Shown here: positions 43,131 through 58,429 of the stretch, one piece after another
Layout of the letters: every line of letters begins with the position of its first letter
How positions within the stretch are numbered: the first letter of the stretch is position 1
Source of the DNA: the human T2T-CHM13v2.0 reference genome, Homo sapiens
Reading direction: 5' to 3' (one strand)
Length of the DNA stretch: 64,000 nt
NCBI RefSeq assembly: GCF_009914755.1
Contig: NC_060926.1
Made by a program: the position numbers and the translations under genes
Notes under the pieces: model-generated
What the model saw: only the letters and a program-made list of their open reading frames with translations
Databases searched by the model: none
Told to the model about the DNA's origin: nothing

Positions 43131-44174
43131 CTCTTTTTTAGGATTCTGTGTTTGAATATCCCATCAGATTCTAACTTTACACACAGACCCTATGTCTCAA
43201 AGCCCCCCAAAACACACAGTGGCATATTTGCACAGTAATGGGCCTCGAATTTGCCCTCCTTCATAGTGTCTTCCCAAAGAAAGGTGCTTCCAACACTGAC
43301 CTTAGTCCTGCTTATGTTTGTTGTTGTTTTGTTTTTTCCAGAGCTAAAGCAAGCTCAGTACTACTGGTGATTTGGAAAGTGCCTTCATATTGTTTTTGCC
43401 AGTTCTCACCTGAGAACCCTGCAGATGCCCCATGAGAGGTAAATCTAAGGCCATTTAGGGAGGGGCTGTGATCTTGGTTCTGAAGCTGTTGGTCTCAGAG
43501 GCCTGTTGGTCTCACTTCCCTGTCCTTGATTTGTTCTCTCCTACCACCTTTGGTTTCCCTACATTCTAGTCGTTAGACGGAGTCTGTGCCTTGCCACACT
43601 TCTCTCTTTAATCCATATTAATCCTAGTGGTGAGGAGGTGATGTGGTGGGCAGGGAAGCAGTAAATGTTCTTGACATTGAATTCCAATGATTTCTTGCTG
43701 TGCTTTCTCTAGGCTGTGCCCTTTACAAGGAGTCTCCAGTGATACAGCTGATTTTCCTCCATACTCTAATCCCCTTCATGGCTGCAGCATCAACAGATTG
43801 CTCTCTTGAATCTGACCCCAGTTGTTTTATTAATTATACCCCTTTTTGTGACACAGGAAGGCTAAGATGAAGCTGTCTTGGATGGAAAAGAATTCGTTCT
43901 CCTCACATGGAATAAAGATCTTGAAAAGTATTTTTTCTATGTAGGGTCTGTCCGGACAAAGTTCTGGGCATATTTATCAGAGAACAGTTCTCCTGATATC
44001 AGAGCCATGAGGGAATCTGTTTGGATTCTCATCTTGAGAACCCAGAAGTTTCTGGAGGGAAATTTCATAAAAGTGTGGGGTGCGTGGCCCCCAGGAGTTC
44101 TTACCCTACCCTATCCACACTTGTCTGCTAGGCATTTATGGAATTATCATGTAACTGTTTCCACCAGCTTGTGC

Positions 44175-44910
44175 TTTCAATGGAAGAATCACCCAATTTA
44201 TAAATTTAGAAAAGAAACTTTATTTCTGATAAATGGGTGAAGCTGCAGGATGGCCATCTTAACAGGCCGGAAAGCAAAGCCTCCCACAGAGACAGTGAGC
44301 AGGCACTTCAAGAGAGGGAAAGGTGAGAAATGAGTTCATGCAAATGGATTGGCCAAGTGCACATACTCAGCGGGCTATAGAAGGAGCTATGAATATTCAC
44401 ATGGTGGGCAGGCTGTCATGCATAATAAGCAAACACAGATGTTACATGCATTTCATGTTTGCTTTGGGGCGAGGACTTAAGAACTAAACAAATTACAGTT
44501 GGGCCGTGTACATCAAAAGGGCTTTGTGCAGAGGCAGAAGGACACACAGTGCACAGCCTCCATAATTTGGCAAGGACAAGTCCATGGTGAGTGGTCTCTT
44601 CTCAGGAGAAAGTTACTGAAATCAGTCCTTCTCCATTCAAAGCTCTTTTTATGGCTGTGGAACGGGCACAGTTACCCAGTGTCTTGAGTTCCATGAGCTG
44701 CAAATATTTTAATATTCTTATCGTAGGACCAGTGCTTTTTAGCTGCTAGAGAAAATGAAAAGCCCTGTGGCAGTTACAACATAGTCTATTTTTTAAGTGT
44801 AGGAGTGAGTGACTTAATTTTTGCTTGATGTGGACTTGGGTCTTGTTTATAATTTGGTATCTTATTGCCACAACAAGATTGTTCCATCAGTCTGATGATC
44901 TCTATTTTAA
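44175..44910 (-). mobile_element. ERV1-type solo LTR
   Basis: Reverse-strand LTR features (aaactttatttct poly(A) signal region near 44220, ...cttattgccacaa...gatctctattttaa near the end). Family uncertain. Confidence 0.55.
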
Positions 44911-45189
44911 TGTCTTTCTAGTTTTTGGGTCTTGGTTTTCCCTGCAATTTGATTTCTTAAATAGATCCAAGAAGTTATTGATAATCAATTTTCCAGGCTT
45001 TCATTGTTGTAGGAATGTAGGGGATGACTGACATGCTCTTTACATATTAAAGTGGAAAACAGAAGTAGCTTCAGAGATCACCATTGACCTGACAAGCAGC
45101 AGGAATCTCATCTCGTTAAGTGTAAGTGGCACCACAGATGTAGCTGAACATGCAGTGACACAGAAGACCCACACCACAGAACACATGAA

Positions 45190-45437
45190 AAATTTTATGA
45201 TTCTGAGGTTTTCTCCAGGAAGCTGGAACTCAGGTGGTACTACAGAGATGGACTCAGTTATCTCTCAGGTGATACTATGTTTTGGAAGCTTATTTCCACT
45301 CCTGCACTGGACTCATTAGCTGCACCTCGACCAGCACACCTAAAACAGAAACTCTCAATAATTAAGCACAAAACTCACCAATAATAAAGCTGTCCCCAGA
45401 GAAGGTGCAGAGCAGGGAACTCTGCTTTTGGGAACAT
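45190..45437 (-). pseudogene. Degenerate IGHV relic (leader, shrunken intron, FR1-like start)
   Basis: ATG at 45437, donor GTGAGT, 39-nt intron, acceptor ctgttttag|GTGTGCTGGTCGAGGTGCAGCTAATG (EVQLM). Rapidly degenerate afterwards. Confidence 0.5.
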
Positions 45438-48400
45438 GCTGGTGTGCAGGGAGTGTCAGGAGCGTGACCCATTTCCTTCTGCTCCCCCTGCTGGCTTCAC
45501 AGACAACTGCATCCAGGAGCTTTATGTTGCAAAGTATATAAAATATGTTATAATTGTAGAGAAATGTAATACACAGATTAAGGAATGAGGAACGTACATG
45601 AAATTAAACATAATATTATCACGGATAAGACAACAAACAAATATTAAAAACCTGTGTGTGTACGTGTTTGAGATAGTATTCTTGTAAATTAAATCATAAT
45701 TTGTTTATAAAGTCCTTCAACTATGTACAAAATCTTTGCCTTTGATTGCCACAAAGATGAAGAAGGATGTGGCACCAGGACTCCAGGGCCATGCTAGTGA
45801 TTTCCCCTCCTATCTCCTGAGGACACGGTGCTTCCAACTCTGAGGATCAGGATGCTGAAATTGGCTGTGTGAGAAGAGAAAATGGGATTTTCTGTGGGAA
45901 CAGACTAGTGTGAATGTAACTTTCAAGCAAGTAAGTTTATTCTACCATGAGACACACAGCTATCATGCTGACTGTGTGTTGCTTTTGACATTAATATGAT
46001 ATTATCAGTATTGGGTTGTTCCATGGAAAATGACCAATTGTCTCAGAATTAACTGGAGTCGTTTTCATTTCAGTTTTTTCACACTTCTAGCTAAATCACC
46101 TAATTTTACTGTGTTTGAGCTTGGAAAGTTTCAGGGCGTGGGTTACAAATGATGGAGTGGAAGGTCTCCCAAGAGTTAGATGTGGTTCTGCTAAAGGATG
46201 ACCCAGGATTTGTCCAGAAGCTCCCCTCCTTGTCTGTCCCAGCACTTGCTCCTCAGTGCGCCCCATCCTGCCAGAGTGCTGAGCTTCTCTGCGTTCCTGG
46301 ACAATGCACGTCTGGGGCATCTGCTTCCTAGATGTGCATACATAGGGCGGGCTGCTCTTCATAATGGTTGAGAGGGAGCTGGGCCTGGATCCACCCAGGT
46401 GGCCCTACCACTGTGAACTGGGCTTCCTCCCAGCAAGGAGACAAGGTCAGTTGAGTGCCTTCACTTCAGACAACTACTAGGAGGTGATTTTAGTCAAATT
46501 GTCACATCCTTTGTCTATGTAATCCAGCAATCATGCTTTTAAGTGTTTATCTGACTGCAAAAGTAAGTCCACAAAGAAAACTGCACATGAGTAATTGCAA
46601 TAGCTTCATTTACATTTTCCCAAAACTATAAACATTCAGAAAGTTTTTCTGTAGGTGAAAACCAAACTGTGATAAATTCATATAATGGAATTATATAGCA
46701 ATGATAAAGAAGTGCTAGCAAACCATGAAAACACATGAATAAATCTTAAATGCATATTGTCAAGTAAAATAGTCTGATAAAGCTATACAATATATAATTT
46801 AATTTATTTGATCTGGAGAAGGCCAAACTTTAAACAAAGTGAAAAAAATTATATTTGCCGGCAATTTGGGGAGAAGGTGAGAATAGATTAAAAAATAGAA
46901 GACTTTAAAGGATGATGAAACTATTATGTATAATATTGCAATGGTAGATATATGATGTCATAAATTTGTCAAAATCCACAGACTATACAGCATGAAGGCT
47001 AGATTTTACTTTACAAAAAATAAAAGATTAGGGACCCCAAGATGGAATGCAGATCGTACAGAAAATATCTGATGTCCTTATTAATGCATGAAACAACTTT
47101 GTCGAATAAAGTATGTGAAAAAGGCTGCTAAATCACTTTAGAAATAGTGACACCAATAAGACTAAAAAATAAACCATGTCAGCACTGTCCTCTAGTTGAT
47201 GATGATGTTCCACAAGGAGCACAGCTTACCAATTGTGATTCCACGCTACAAGAATCCTAGAATTGGACAACACGGGGTATAGATGGTGTGTGGTGGGAGG
47301 GGGTTCCTCACACTTGGAGTGGGAGGTTACAGACAGCAAGGAAGAACGGTGAGAAATGTCCATGTAGTACTGGATTAGAGTGAAAGTGCTAGTAATTTTG
47401 TATGATTGACATAATCTGCATGCAATAAATTAAACGAAAATACTTCTTTGAAGAAAGTGCAAAATAGGCTATGACCTAAATAACTTTGGAAATGAGGGAA
47501 TTCTGAAAGTCTAAAGTGTAAGTAAACTGCACGTAATCACTGTACTCTAGTGGATAAACATGTTTCCGGCAGAGGTACAGCTTCACAATTTTGATTCCGC
47601 TATGCACGTTTCCTGAAATTGTGCTGCTAAGTAATACTATGGAATATGGTGGGATGGAGTTCCTCATTTGGCAATGGGTGGTGATTGACAGGCAAGGCAG
47701 GCAGGCTAGAAATGTCCATGTGGTATTGTAATTGGGTGGAGACAAGAATGTGTTCTCATTTTTAATGTGTTACAGGTACGGAAGACTAGATATGTAAATA
47801 GTCGAGATGTATCTCTAAACGTGGGTTAATAAACACCTGCACATTTTCTAAGCCATTTAGTTGAGAGGTCCTTGAGGCACTTACATCCCACTAACAGTAT
47901 ATACACCCAACTTCACAATTCTCTATTTTAATACCATTCTTCAACACCAGAAGCCAGTAATCTTCAGAAAAACAGCAGATTCTATGTATGGAAAAGATAA
48001 TACGGAAAATAAGCTTAGGATTTCTTATAATACCAGAAAATAGGGAAGTGTTCAAAAACAAAAGGAGGAGATGTCATGTAAGGATACAGGATCCAAATTA
48101 AATGAACTCCAAGCACATAAAAAAAACTGTGATGATTTGAGCAAAAGCATAAATAATGAAGCATGGATCTTCCTCATAGTATAAAATAAGCATCTTTAAG
48201 CCAATACTATTATAATAGATGAGTAAATAAAATGTGAAAAGAAGGACGAATCTTCCTTACAGAGTTATTCAAAATATTTTAGGCTGATAGTATTCTCATC
48301 ATGTAGGTGAGGTTTAAACACTCGTGTTGATTGTGGTCTGAGATTATAGAGATGGGAAAAAAAATCACTGCTAGTTTATTTTATAACCAGTTTTTAGAAA

Positions 48401-49533
48401 TAATGCCAAAAACATGGTCTGTGAGTGAATACAATTATTCATGGTAATGTATCCAAATTTGCAAACACACATTTTTCTGCAATAAACACTGATAAGCAAC
48501 TAAAAAGACAAATCACAGACTTGGAGAAAATATTTTCAAGTAGCATTTTTGTTAAATAATTTCTTTTAATTCAGTAAAGAATTAAAAGAATTGATTTCTA
48601 TAATGAATATGCAAGTAAACTCAACAACATTATATAAAAATTGTTAAATATAAATTTTTCATTAGGGATATGAGCATTGAAACAAAAATTAGATTCCATT
48701 GCTCACCTATTAGAATGGTTAAAATGCACAATCCTCATGGTGAAAAATGGCCGTAAGAATGTGAAAAAACAAGAACTAATTTGCATTTATGTTGGGAATC
48801 CCAAATGGTGCATGCACAAAATGAAATACATTTTGACTTTTTTTTTAACAGAGATAAAAGAGTTGAAATATGATCTAGTGGCTGTGTTTCAAAATATTTA
48901 AAACACTGATTCAGAAATTGATGTTTACACAGGAAACCAGCTTCTGCTCTCTGACATATATCACCTGGTTTGTGCCAAGAGCATTAACCCTGGGAGCTCC
49001 TCCCAAAAAAATGGTTGTGCACAGGGGAGATGTTAAGCTATGGCTGCTCCTGGGACTCATCGGAGATTCCTGATGGGCATCTGTAATCAGGAAGTCATCA
49101 ACAGCCTTGCCGGACTTAACTTGCTCCACAGGTTAACTAGGAAGCACCACCAAACTCCCACATTTCCCCATCACTAGTTGTAAGACTGGCATCCTGGCCT
49201 GACAGTGTCTACAGCCTCACCCAGCCTCCTGTGTGTTTTTCTGCCTGCCTTACTTACATCTCACTTTGGGACAAATAAGAAATTTTTTAAATAAACTTTT
49301 CTAATCTAGAGACCTCAGTGGTAGGCACAGAAACACAAATATAGAGAGGCTCCCAGGGAAACTGTTCGATGGAGAGGAAGCCACAGACCCTGAAGGAAAG
49401 CGGCCCTTGACCTTCAACTGCACCTGCCCTGGGGATGCCCCTAACTTCTGTGGGAGTGAGTGCCCTCTGCAGCCCAGGCTCCTTCCTTCTCTCTGCAGGA
49501 TATTTTGCGTTTTGGCTGACACTGGTGTTCCCT

Positions 49534-50002
49534 CACTTGGTACCTTATGTACAATAATACGAGGCCATGTTCTCAGCTCTGACTGTTCATTCACAGGTAC
49601 AGTGAGTTCTTGGCATTGTCTTTGGAAATGGTGAATCTGTCCTTCACAGATTTTGAATGGTATAACTGATTCATCATACTTCGTATTTACTGCTCACTCC
49701 AGCACCTTCTCTGAAGCCTGGTGGACTCAGCTAATTCAGTAGCTTCTCATTCAGTAGCTACTAAATTTGAATCCACGGGCTGCACAGAAGACTCTCAAAA
49801 CCCTCAGGCTGTCTCAGGCCTTCTCCAGACTCCACCAGCTGAACCTCACTTGACACCTTCACATACATAGGCATGGTTAGAAACTGCCAAATGTATCCAC
49901 TGTTCCTCTCACTCACATCCACTTATACTCACTATCTCTAATTCTCCATGAATAAGCTTTTAAAATAGCAACAAGAAAAATCTAGTATAGCTTAAAGCCC
50001 AT
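49534..50002 (-). pseudogene. IGHV3: IGHV3-family pseudogene (IGHV3-63/3-54/3-32-like lineage)
   Basis: Leader MGFKLY*IFLVAILK with donor GT changed to [16 protein letters not shown]; CDR1 AGCTACTGAAT duplicated; FR3 GTGAAGGACAGATTCACCATTTCCAAAGACAATGCCAAGAACTCACTGTAC. Non-consensus heptamer CCAAGTG at 49534-49540. Confidence 0.9.
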
Positions 50003-50959
50003 ACTGAATCTTGTGTTCAGTACTGATTACCAAGTGGAAACACCTGGAAATCCCAGGGCTGGTACTCCTCTCCCAGAGATGCAGGACCAGAACTGGGCTG
50101 TTTTTTATCAGTAGAAGGAGAACCCAATTGGAATGTCTCCTACTACATAGCAAGCTCTAAGGTGGGATGCCTTAGGATAGGACAGGGCCCAGAGCAGATG
50201 TGAGACTCCTGGAGTTTAGTGGCAACAAAAGAGTTTAGAGAAGCATAATTACTTAATATGTGATTGTGCCATGAAAATCACTTAGCAATATATTTTACAT
50301 CTTTTTAACATTTTTAAAAATATATCTGCATTAAGCAAACTTTAAGAGATATAAAGGGTGAAATAGAAAAAAATACAATAATGGAAAAATATCTTAATAT
50401 CTCACAGACCCCCACAGTATCTTAGCAGAAATCGGAGGCAGTGGAGGTCACCCCACTTGAATGAGAAAACAGCTGAGTTTGTAAAACTGCACTTGGCTTC
50501 TCCACAGGCTTTGAGGTGTGCAGGACCAGCCACTACCCCAGACTCAGGCATAGCCCCAGTCTCTGCTCTTCAATTTACACAACTATACAGGTTAATAATA
50601 TATTTCAGAACTTCATAATCACACATACACATACACATACACACATATGCCCAGTACTTACAGGTACATAGGGAAATACAAAAATGAACACATCAAATAC
50701 CAAAACAAAACCTGAATTTATTTACTACTGTTATAGTTATTGAATTTAATTGAAATTATTTTGTTTTACACTATGATGTAGTGCAAAATAATGTTTTTCT
50801 ATGTGATTGTTTCTCTATCCCAATGCCAATAAACAAATATATCTAAATGCATGTTTTGGTAAAACTAAATGTAAATGCCATTCTTGCCAAATACATTAAT
50901 TAAATGTACATAGTATTTATGCATAAACTCTGTGTTGGTTTATTTGTCATTTACATTTT

Positions 50960-51360
50960 TGGTGTATATATAAAATACATATACATATATATACAATGTA
51001 TATATCATATATACACATATTATATATATGTATATATTTTATATATATGTGTGTGTGTTTGTGTGTATATATGTATTTTGAGATGGAGTCATGCTCTGTA
51101 GTCTAGGCTAGAGTGCAGTGACACAATCTCGGCTCACTGCAACCTCCACCTCCTGGGTTCAAGCGATTCTTGTGCCTCAGCCTCCTGAGTAGCTGAGATT
51201 ATAGGTGCCCGCCACCACACCCGGCTAATTTTTTGTATATTTAGTAGAGACAGGGTTTCACCATGTTGGTCAGACTGGTCTCAAACTCCTGACCTCTTGA
51301 TCCACCCACCTCAGCCTCCCAAATTGCTGGATTTACAGGCAAGAGCCACTGTGCCTGGCT
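50960..51360 (-). mobile_element. AluS (51075-51360) with (TA/TG)n-rich tail region
   Basis: Reverse Alu preceded by an AT/GT dinucleotide low-complexity tract. Confidence 0.9.
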
Positions 51361-51483
51361 GACATAATTTTTAAATATCAGTCAATTATTAATACATGTA
51401 ATAACCAATAAGATAAACACCTTTAAAATTGTATTACATTATTGGTTAAGTTCACATTGTATTTTTTATAAAACTCAGGATAA

Positions 51484-51625
51484 AATACCTAATGCTAGAT
51501 GACGAGTTGGTGGGTGCAGTGCACCAGCATGGCACATGTATACATATGTAACTAACCTGCACATTGTGCACATGTACCCTAAAACTTAAAGTATAATAAT
51601 AATAAATAAATAAATAAAATTAAGA
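51484..51625 (+). mobile_element. Extremely truncated young L1PA 3' end
   Basis: cctaatgctagatgacgagttggtgggtgcag...gtaccctaaaacttaaagtataat plus an (aaat)n tail. The GAG diagnostic indicates non-Ta. Confidence 0.9.
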
Positions 51626-52644
51626 AAAAGAAGAAATTAGGTTTGTTTTTGACAATTGTTTTTGCATGAATTTTCAATACAAATTCTAGATGTTTATTTG
51701 CCAATACTCCTGGATGCCAGAGAACATCCAGTAATATGGAACTGAAATCAGCCCAGGATTCCCAGAATGCACTCACAATGGCAGCTTGCTAGATTGTCAT
51801 CTGGCAGTGTTTCAACACATTAGGAATTTGGACTTCATCATCAAAGCACTAGTGAGTCCCAGGGATGAGCACACAGGAGGCAGCAGGAGCTGCAGAGCCC
51901 ACTCTGTGGTACTTAGGGAAGAGACGGGATGGGGTGGGGTGAGTCTGAAGAACTATAAAAAAGGGTGAGGAGGACGGAGAGTCTACAGGTAGATGAGCAT
52001 GTTCTAAGGATAACTGTTACCCTACTAAACATGGTTGGCTTCAGTGATCATGAAGAGAAGTGAACTGATTCACCAGACATGGAAGAGAGAAAATAAAAGG
52101 ACTTGCTGTTTCCTTGCCAGGAAGCTGAGGAAGACAAAAGGCAAACAGAAGAAGGAAAAGTAGAGAAACAGTCTGAAGAGCAGAACATCAGAACCCAGCG
52201 AAGACAGAGGAACTGAGCATTTAAGGTGGTGTTTCAACTCCCCAAAGGCAGATGAAAGGAAAAGAAACTCAACACCATGCATATGCTGTGTTACAGTTAA
52301 AAAGGCATTTACAAGAGTGTGACGGACACAGCACAGAAATCAAAAACCCATGCATAGAACAAGAGTTTAAATTAGGCATACGCAATTTCTTATTATATTA
52401 TCAAAATCATACTGAGTATTGCTAGTATTAGTATTGCTAGTATTGTTCTAAAAATATGAAAGATCAAAAGTTGAATTAAATCCCTCTTCTAAGTTAATGA
52501 TTTGTAGTTGAAAGAAACCATAGATTACAAGGAAGAAATGGTGAGAGCTCCCGAGAAAACTTTTGCTTGACCAGCTCAGGAATCGGCAAGATCAAAAAGC
52601 AAACCGCACCCTCCCCAGGAATCTGATATGAAGCTGCCTCCTAA

Positions 52645-52962
52645 GAGAACCCTGGTGTCCTGAGCAATTCCCTGGTGGTTGCTGAGAGCTACATGGTGGC
52701 CTGAGCACTCCCCGTTGGCCCTGAATTCCCCCCTGGTGTCCTGAGTGCCTCCTGACAGTCTTGTGTGCCTTTAGGTGGTCATGTTACCCCTGGTGGTTCC
52801 TGAGAACCTCTTGGTGGTCCTGCGTGTTTCTTGGTGGTCTAGAATCCACCATCGTGATTCTGTGTCCCCTGCTTGTCCTGAGCCCCCTGGTGTCCTCAGT
52901 GCCCCCTGGTGGTTCTGAGCACACCCCCTGGTGTCTTCAGTACCCCCTGGTGTCCTGAGCGC
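52645..52962. repeat. About 20-22-bp GC-rich minisatellite (cccctggtgtcctgagc) downstream of a V RSS, with CTCF-like cores
   Basis: About 15 degenerate units; gtgccccctggtgg at 52899-52912. Confidence 0.85.
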
Positions 52963-53000
52963 CATTTATTATGAGGTCCCCTCCTGTCTCCCTGCAGGGA

Positions 53001-53039
53001 GGTTTGTGTCTGGGCTCACACAGATGTCCCCTCACTGTG
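53001..53039 (-). other. Intact 23-RSS
   Basis: CACAGTG (53033-53039), 23-bp spacer, ACACAAACC (53001-53009). Confidence 0.92.
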
Positions 53040-53297
53040 TCTCTCACAGTAATACACTACCTACTCCTCGGCTCTCAGGCAGATCATTTTAAGGGAGACT
53101 GTGCTGGCAAGTCTTGTCCCTAGGAATTGTGAATCTTCTTTGTACTGACGCAGGGCATCACTGAGAACTTTCACTTGAATCACTCACTGCTACCATCCAC
53201 TCCAGCCTCTGTCCTGCAGCCATCTGGGCCCAATTCATGCTGTAGTCAGTGGAGGTGAATCTTGATGCTTTGCAGAAGAGGCGCAGAGAACAGCCAG
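53040..53297 (-). pseudogene. IGHV clan III pseudogene fragment, 5'-truncated (no leader)
   Basis: FR1 ...CTCTTCTGCAAAGCATCAAGATTCACC, FR2 GGCTGGAGTGGATG, FR3 end CTGAGAGCCGAGGAG...GTGTATTACTGTGAGAGA before the RSS. L1M-like DNA upstream. Confidence 0.85.
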
Positions 53298-53959
53298 GCT
53301 ACTTTGCCAAATAAAACAGTATAGATCTAGCAAACCTTTAAGGTTTTCCAGGAATTTGGGGAGAGGATGTGTGGAATAGGTGAAACACAGATGCTTTTTA
53401 ATCACAATGAAACTATTTTTTGTGATAGCCAATGATGAACACTTGGCATAAATAATTTGTGAAAACTCAGAATTTTTTGAGACAAAGTGTTAACCTAAAT
53501 GCATAACAGCATAAAAAGTATCTAGCAGGTCATGAAACACTGCAGGAAATGAAAGCTGTGTGAAAACATCTCACAACTACAAAAATGTTTGTTTGAACTA
53601 ATTTCACTGAAGAAGGTGGGTCATAAATCTCTGACACAAGTAACTTTGGAAAGAATTCAGTTTTCTGTTTGGAAAATATAAATAAGCTGCACATAAGCAC
53701 TGTATTCTAATTGATAAACACACTTCCAACAAGCATCAGTTAAACAATTCTAACACAATTTGTGTATCTTGAAATTATGCACTAAGTAAATTAATGTCAT
53801 ATGGTAAGAGAGGCTTCCTCACCTTTGAGTGTGGGATTATGGACAGGCAAAGAAGGAAGGCTATGAATGTCCATGTGGATCACAGTAGGGTGAAGACACC
53901 AGTGTATTCTTATGTTTAATGTAATATGGATACAGAAGTTTAGATACATAAACACTTCA

Positions 53960-55341
<1,382 letters not shown>

Positions 55342-56469
55342 GTGATGTCTCTTTACCTTACATTATAAAAGGCATGATGTCATTATTCACAGGTGCATCC
55401 CTGGATATATACACAATAGCCATGGAAAAGCTGTCATTCGGCAGTGTTGCCTTTGACAACCTGTTTACCTGATGTCTCTGTTTGGGTGTCAGTATCTCTT
55501 AATGTAACAACTAGATGTTGTTTTTTGCACTCATTGCTGGTATGGTGTCACTGTTTTGTGTCATAAATTGATCCACAGTCAAATGCAATTAAATTTATTC
55601 CTATTTGGAAGATCAGGTTTTGAGATTTGTCATGACCCATAATTTTCTTTTTCAAGAAATTGAGACTAGCAATGTTTCACAGGCTGGCCTTGAAATCCTG
55701 GGCTCAGATGATCATTCCACCTTAGTGTCCTGACTAGTTAGAAATACAGGCATGTGCCACAGTGCCCTGCTGATTATTCTTAAATTCTGATTTTTCTCAT
55801 TCTCTCAGCTAAACTGAGTGTATTATTGTTTAACATATTGCTCTCATGGAGTTGTCAGCTTTCCATTAATTATTTACCATAAAAATATATCACATATTTT
55901 AGGAGAACCTTGTGGTAGAAATTATTCACATTCAACTGCAAATAAAGTCGCACCCTTTAGAGAGACTTTTGTATCTCTATTTTTCATGCCCTGCTACTTT
56001 AACTATAAAAATATAACTGCCCCTTCCTTGTTGCAGAAGAAAAGATTCCTGTATCTCAGAGGGACACTCCTGCTTTAAGAACAGAAACCCGCATGAGAAT
56101 GGAGGACTCCTATAACCCCATTGTGCCTCTCCCAGAAAGCTACCCGGATCCTCTACCCTACAAGTGGGCTGGGGTGAGAATAATTGGGTGCCCCCTGTTC
56201 TTGTCCTACAGCACATGGCATAGAAGCTCTGTCTTGTAAGTGGGGCTGGGAGGAGATAGGAATCCATCACATCACAGACGGGAATTTAGTCTCCGCCATA
56301 GAGATCTGACTCCAGGGCCTCAACTGAGATCTGGGGAGAGGAAGCACCATCTTCTTGTCAGATCAGTTCAACGTCAAGCTTCTGTCATCCTGAGTTGCAA
56401 ATGAGAGTAATTCTCATCTCACAAGTATGATGGACCCTCACTGCCCTTACTGAGACTTGGTAAATGATT

Positions 56470-56840
56470 TATTCTGTTTTAACTGCTATAAGAGAACTCC
56501 ATAAAGTGGGTGGCTCCAAAATAACATAAACATATTTTTCTGAATTCTCAAGGCTACGAAGTTAAAGATCAAGATGCTTTTGAAATTGGTATCTGGTGAA
56601 GACCCAATTCCTTATTCATAGATGACCATCTTCCTACTGTGTCCTTACATGGGGGAAGAGGACAGAAAAGTCTCTGAAGTTTCTCATAAAGGCACTAATC
56701 CTACTTATAAAGATAGCACCTCGACACCTCCCCAAAACACCTATTCGTTTACCAAAGCCCCCACCTCCTAACACCATCACGTTGGGTTTAGAATTCCAAC
56801 ACAGGCATTGTCGGGGGTAATAAACATTCAGTCTATAGCA
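56470..56840 (-). mobile_element. MLT1A/MST-like MaLR LTR
   Basis: ...ctgtgtccttacatgg...ctaatcct...aaagccccacctcctaacaccatcacgttggg...aacattcagtctatagca. Confidence 0.75.
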
Positions 56841-58429
56841 GTACATTTTATCAATCAATAATTTTTATTTACTGCATTTTCTTAGAATAATTTCCATTGA
56901 TTTTTAATGGTTGAGATTTATAGTTTTTTTTTGTTTTTTTTGTTTTTTTTTTTTTTACCAGAAGTGATTGTTTCATTGGAAATCTTAAGGCTCCTCATGC
57001 CACCACTCTGGTAATTAGATGACTCTATTCATATTTGTGTTTGAAGCTTCTTCACGTTCTGAATGTCTTTCTCTTAAGCCAATTGCCATCTCTCGTTGGT
57101 ATTATCATTTGCTTGGAAACACACTTCTCTCAAGTTTTCATGTAGTGAATCCACCTGTCTTTTATTTGGCTTTATTATGGTACATTTCTGCATATTTTAA
57201 CTTTTTAGGCAAATATTTTGTATATTTTTAGATAGTTGTATATTTTGAAGACAGCTCCCTCTATTAGGACGTGTCCTCATGTCCAACTTGCCCCGTGTCC
57301 CACACACTGATCTGCACTCTCTCAAGCCTGGGTCTCTCTCCTACCTTCTGTGGGGCTCTCTCTCTGAACAGTGTTCTGCAATCCAGTGTCTATACTGGGG
57401 TCTTCACACGTCTTGGCCTATCTGGTTTTCCAGCTCCCTTTCCTCAACTCCAAATCTTCCTGGTTCTACACCAACACTGTGGCCTGGAAGCTCCCTTAGG
57501 GAAGTATCTGATTGTGCATTCATCACAGGGCTCTTTTTGATTATTTTCCCCATCTCATTGGCCACTGTCCTTGTTGCCTGATGTCAAACAGCTTAAAAAT
57601 GTGTTTAAGATATTTCACTGTGTTTTCCAGTTATTTCTGGTGGAAAGATACATCTAGTCTCACTTGTTATACCTTGTTTGAAAGTCATCATCTTGCCTAC
57701 AGATATTCAAACTAATTTTATGATGTCTACTGAGATTTATCTTGGAATATATACATATAGATATTCAACCCTAAATTCCAACAGACATTTTTGTAGACAT
57801 CATAAAGCATATATATATAATATAGTATTTGGTAAAACTGATATTGTACAACTGTCACATGAGAAAAGCAAAAGTTCTAAAATTCCATAATAAAAAAAAT
57901 TGATTTGTCTTTCAATGAATTTCTCCTATGGAAATACTGAGGTATTTTCTAGGACATTGCCCCAGGGGTGCTTCACGAGGCCCCTCTCAGAATTTGACCC
58001 AGCAGGGATGTGAGGGATTTCAATCCCTGTGCTTGGCATTCTGTCTCCTCCATAGGAAAATTTGAGATCTTCCTCCATTCCTTTGTTGGGCTGCTTCACC
58101 ATTCTGGACACTGATGGACAGACAGAGGGTGTGGCAGGCCATAAATATCAATGACGCCAGTGTCTTTGAGGATGGAGACACTAACCTGCACCAGAAAAGC
58201 AGGGACCTGCATGGGGCATAGCCTCAGTGTATAAGCCTAACCATGTGGTAATATGTGTGCCACTCTGAGAGAAGATTCCACATGGAAACAGGTTGTGCCT
58301 TTCTGAGAGTGAAGGCTCATTCAGGAAGGTGTGTACCTGGACTTCAGTTGTGTTTGGTAAAACCTTTCTCAATCAAGGAATAATGAGAATCCTCAGAATG
58401 ATTTGTTTGTGAAAAAGAAAAAATGGATC

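Noticed and set aside
52645-52962. CRISPR-like repeat array
   Set aside because: Primate DNA; units are contiguous and degenerate with no unique spacers and no cas genes.
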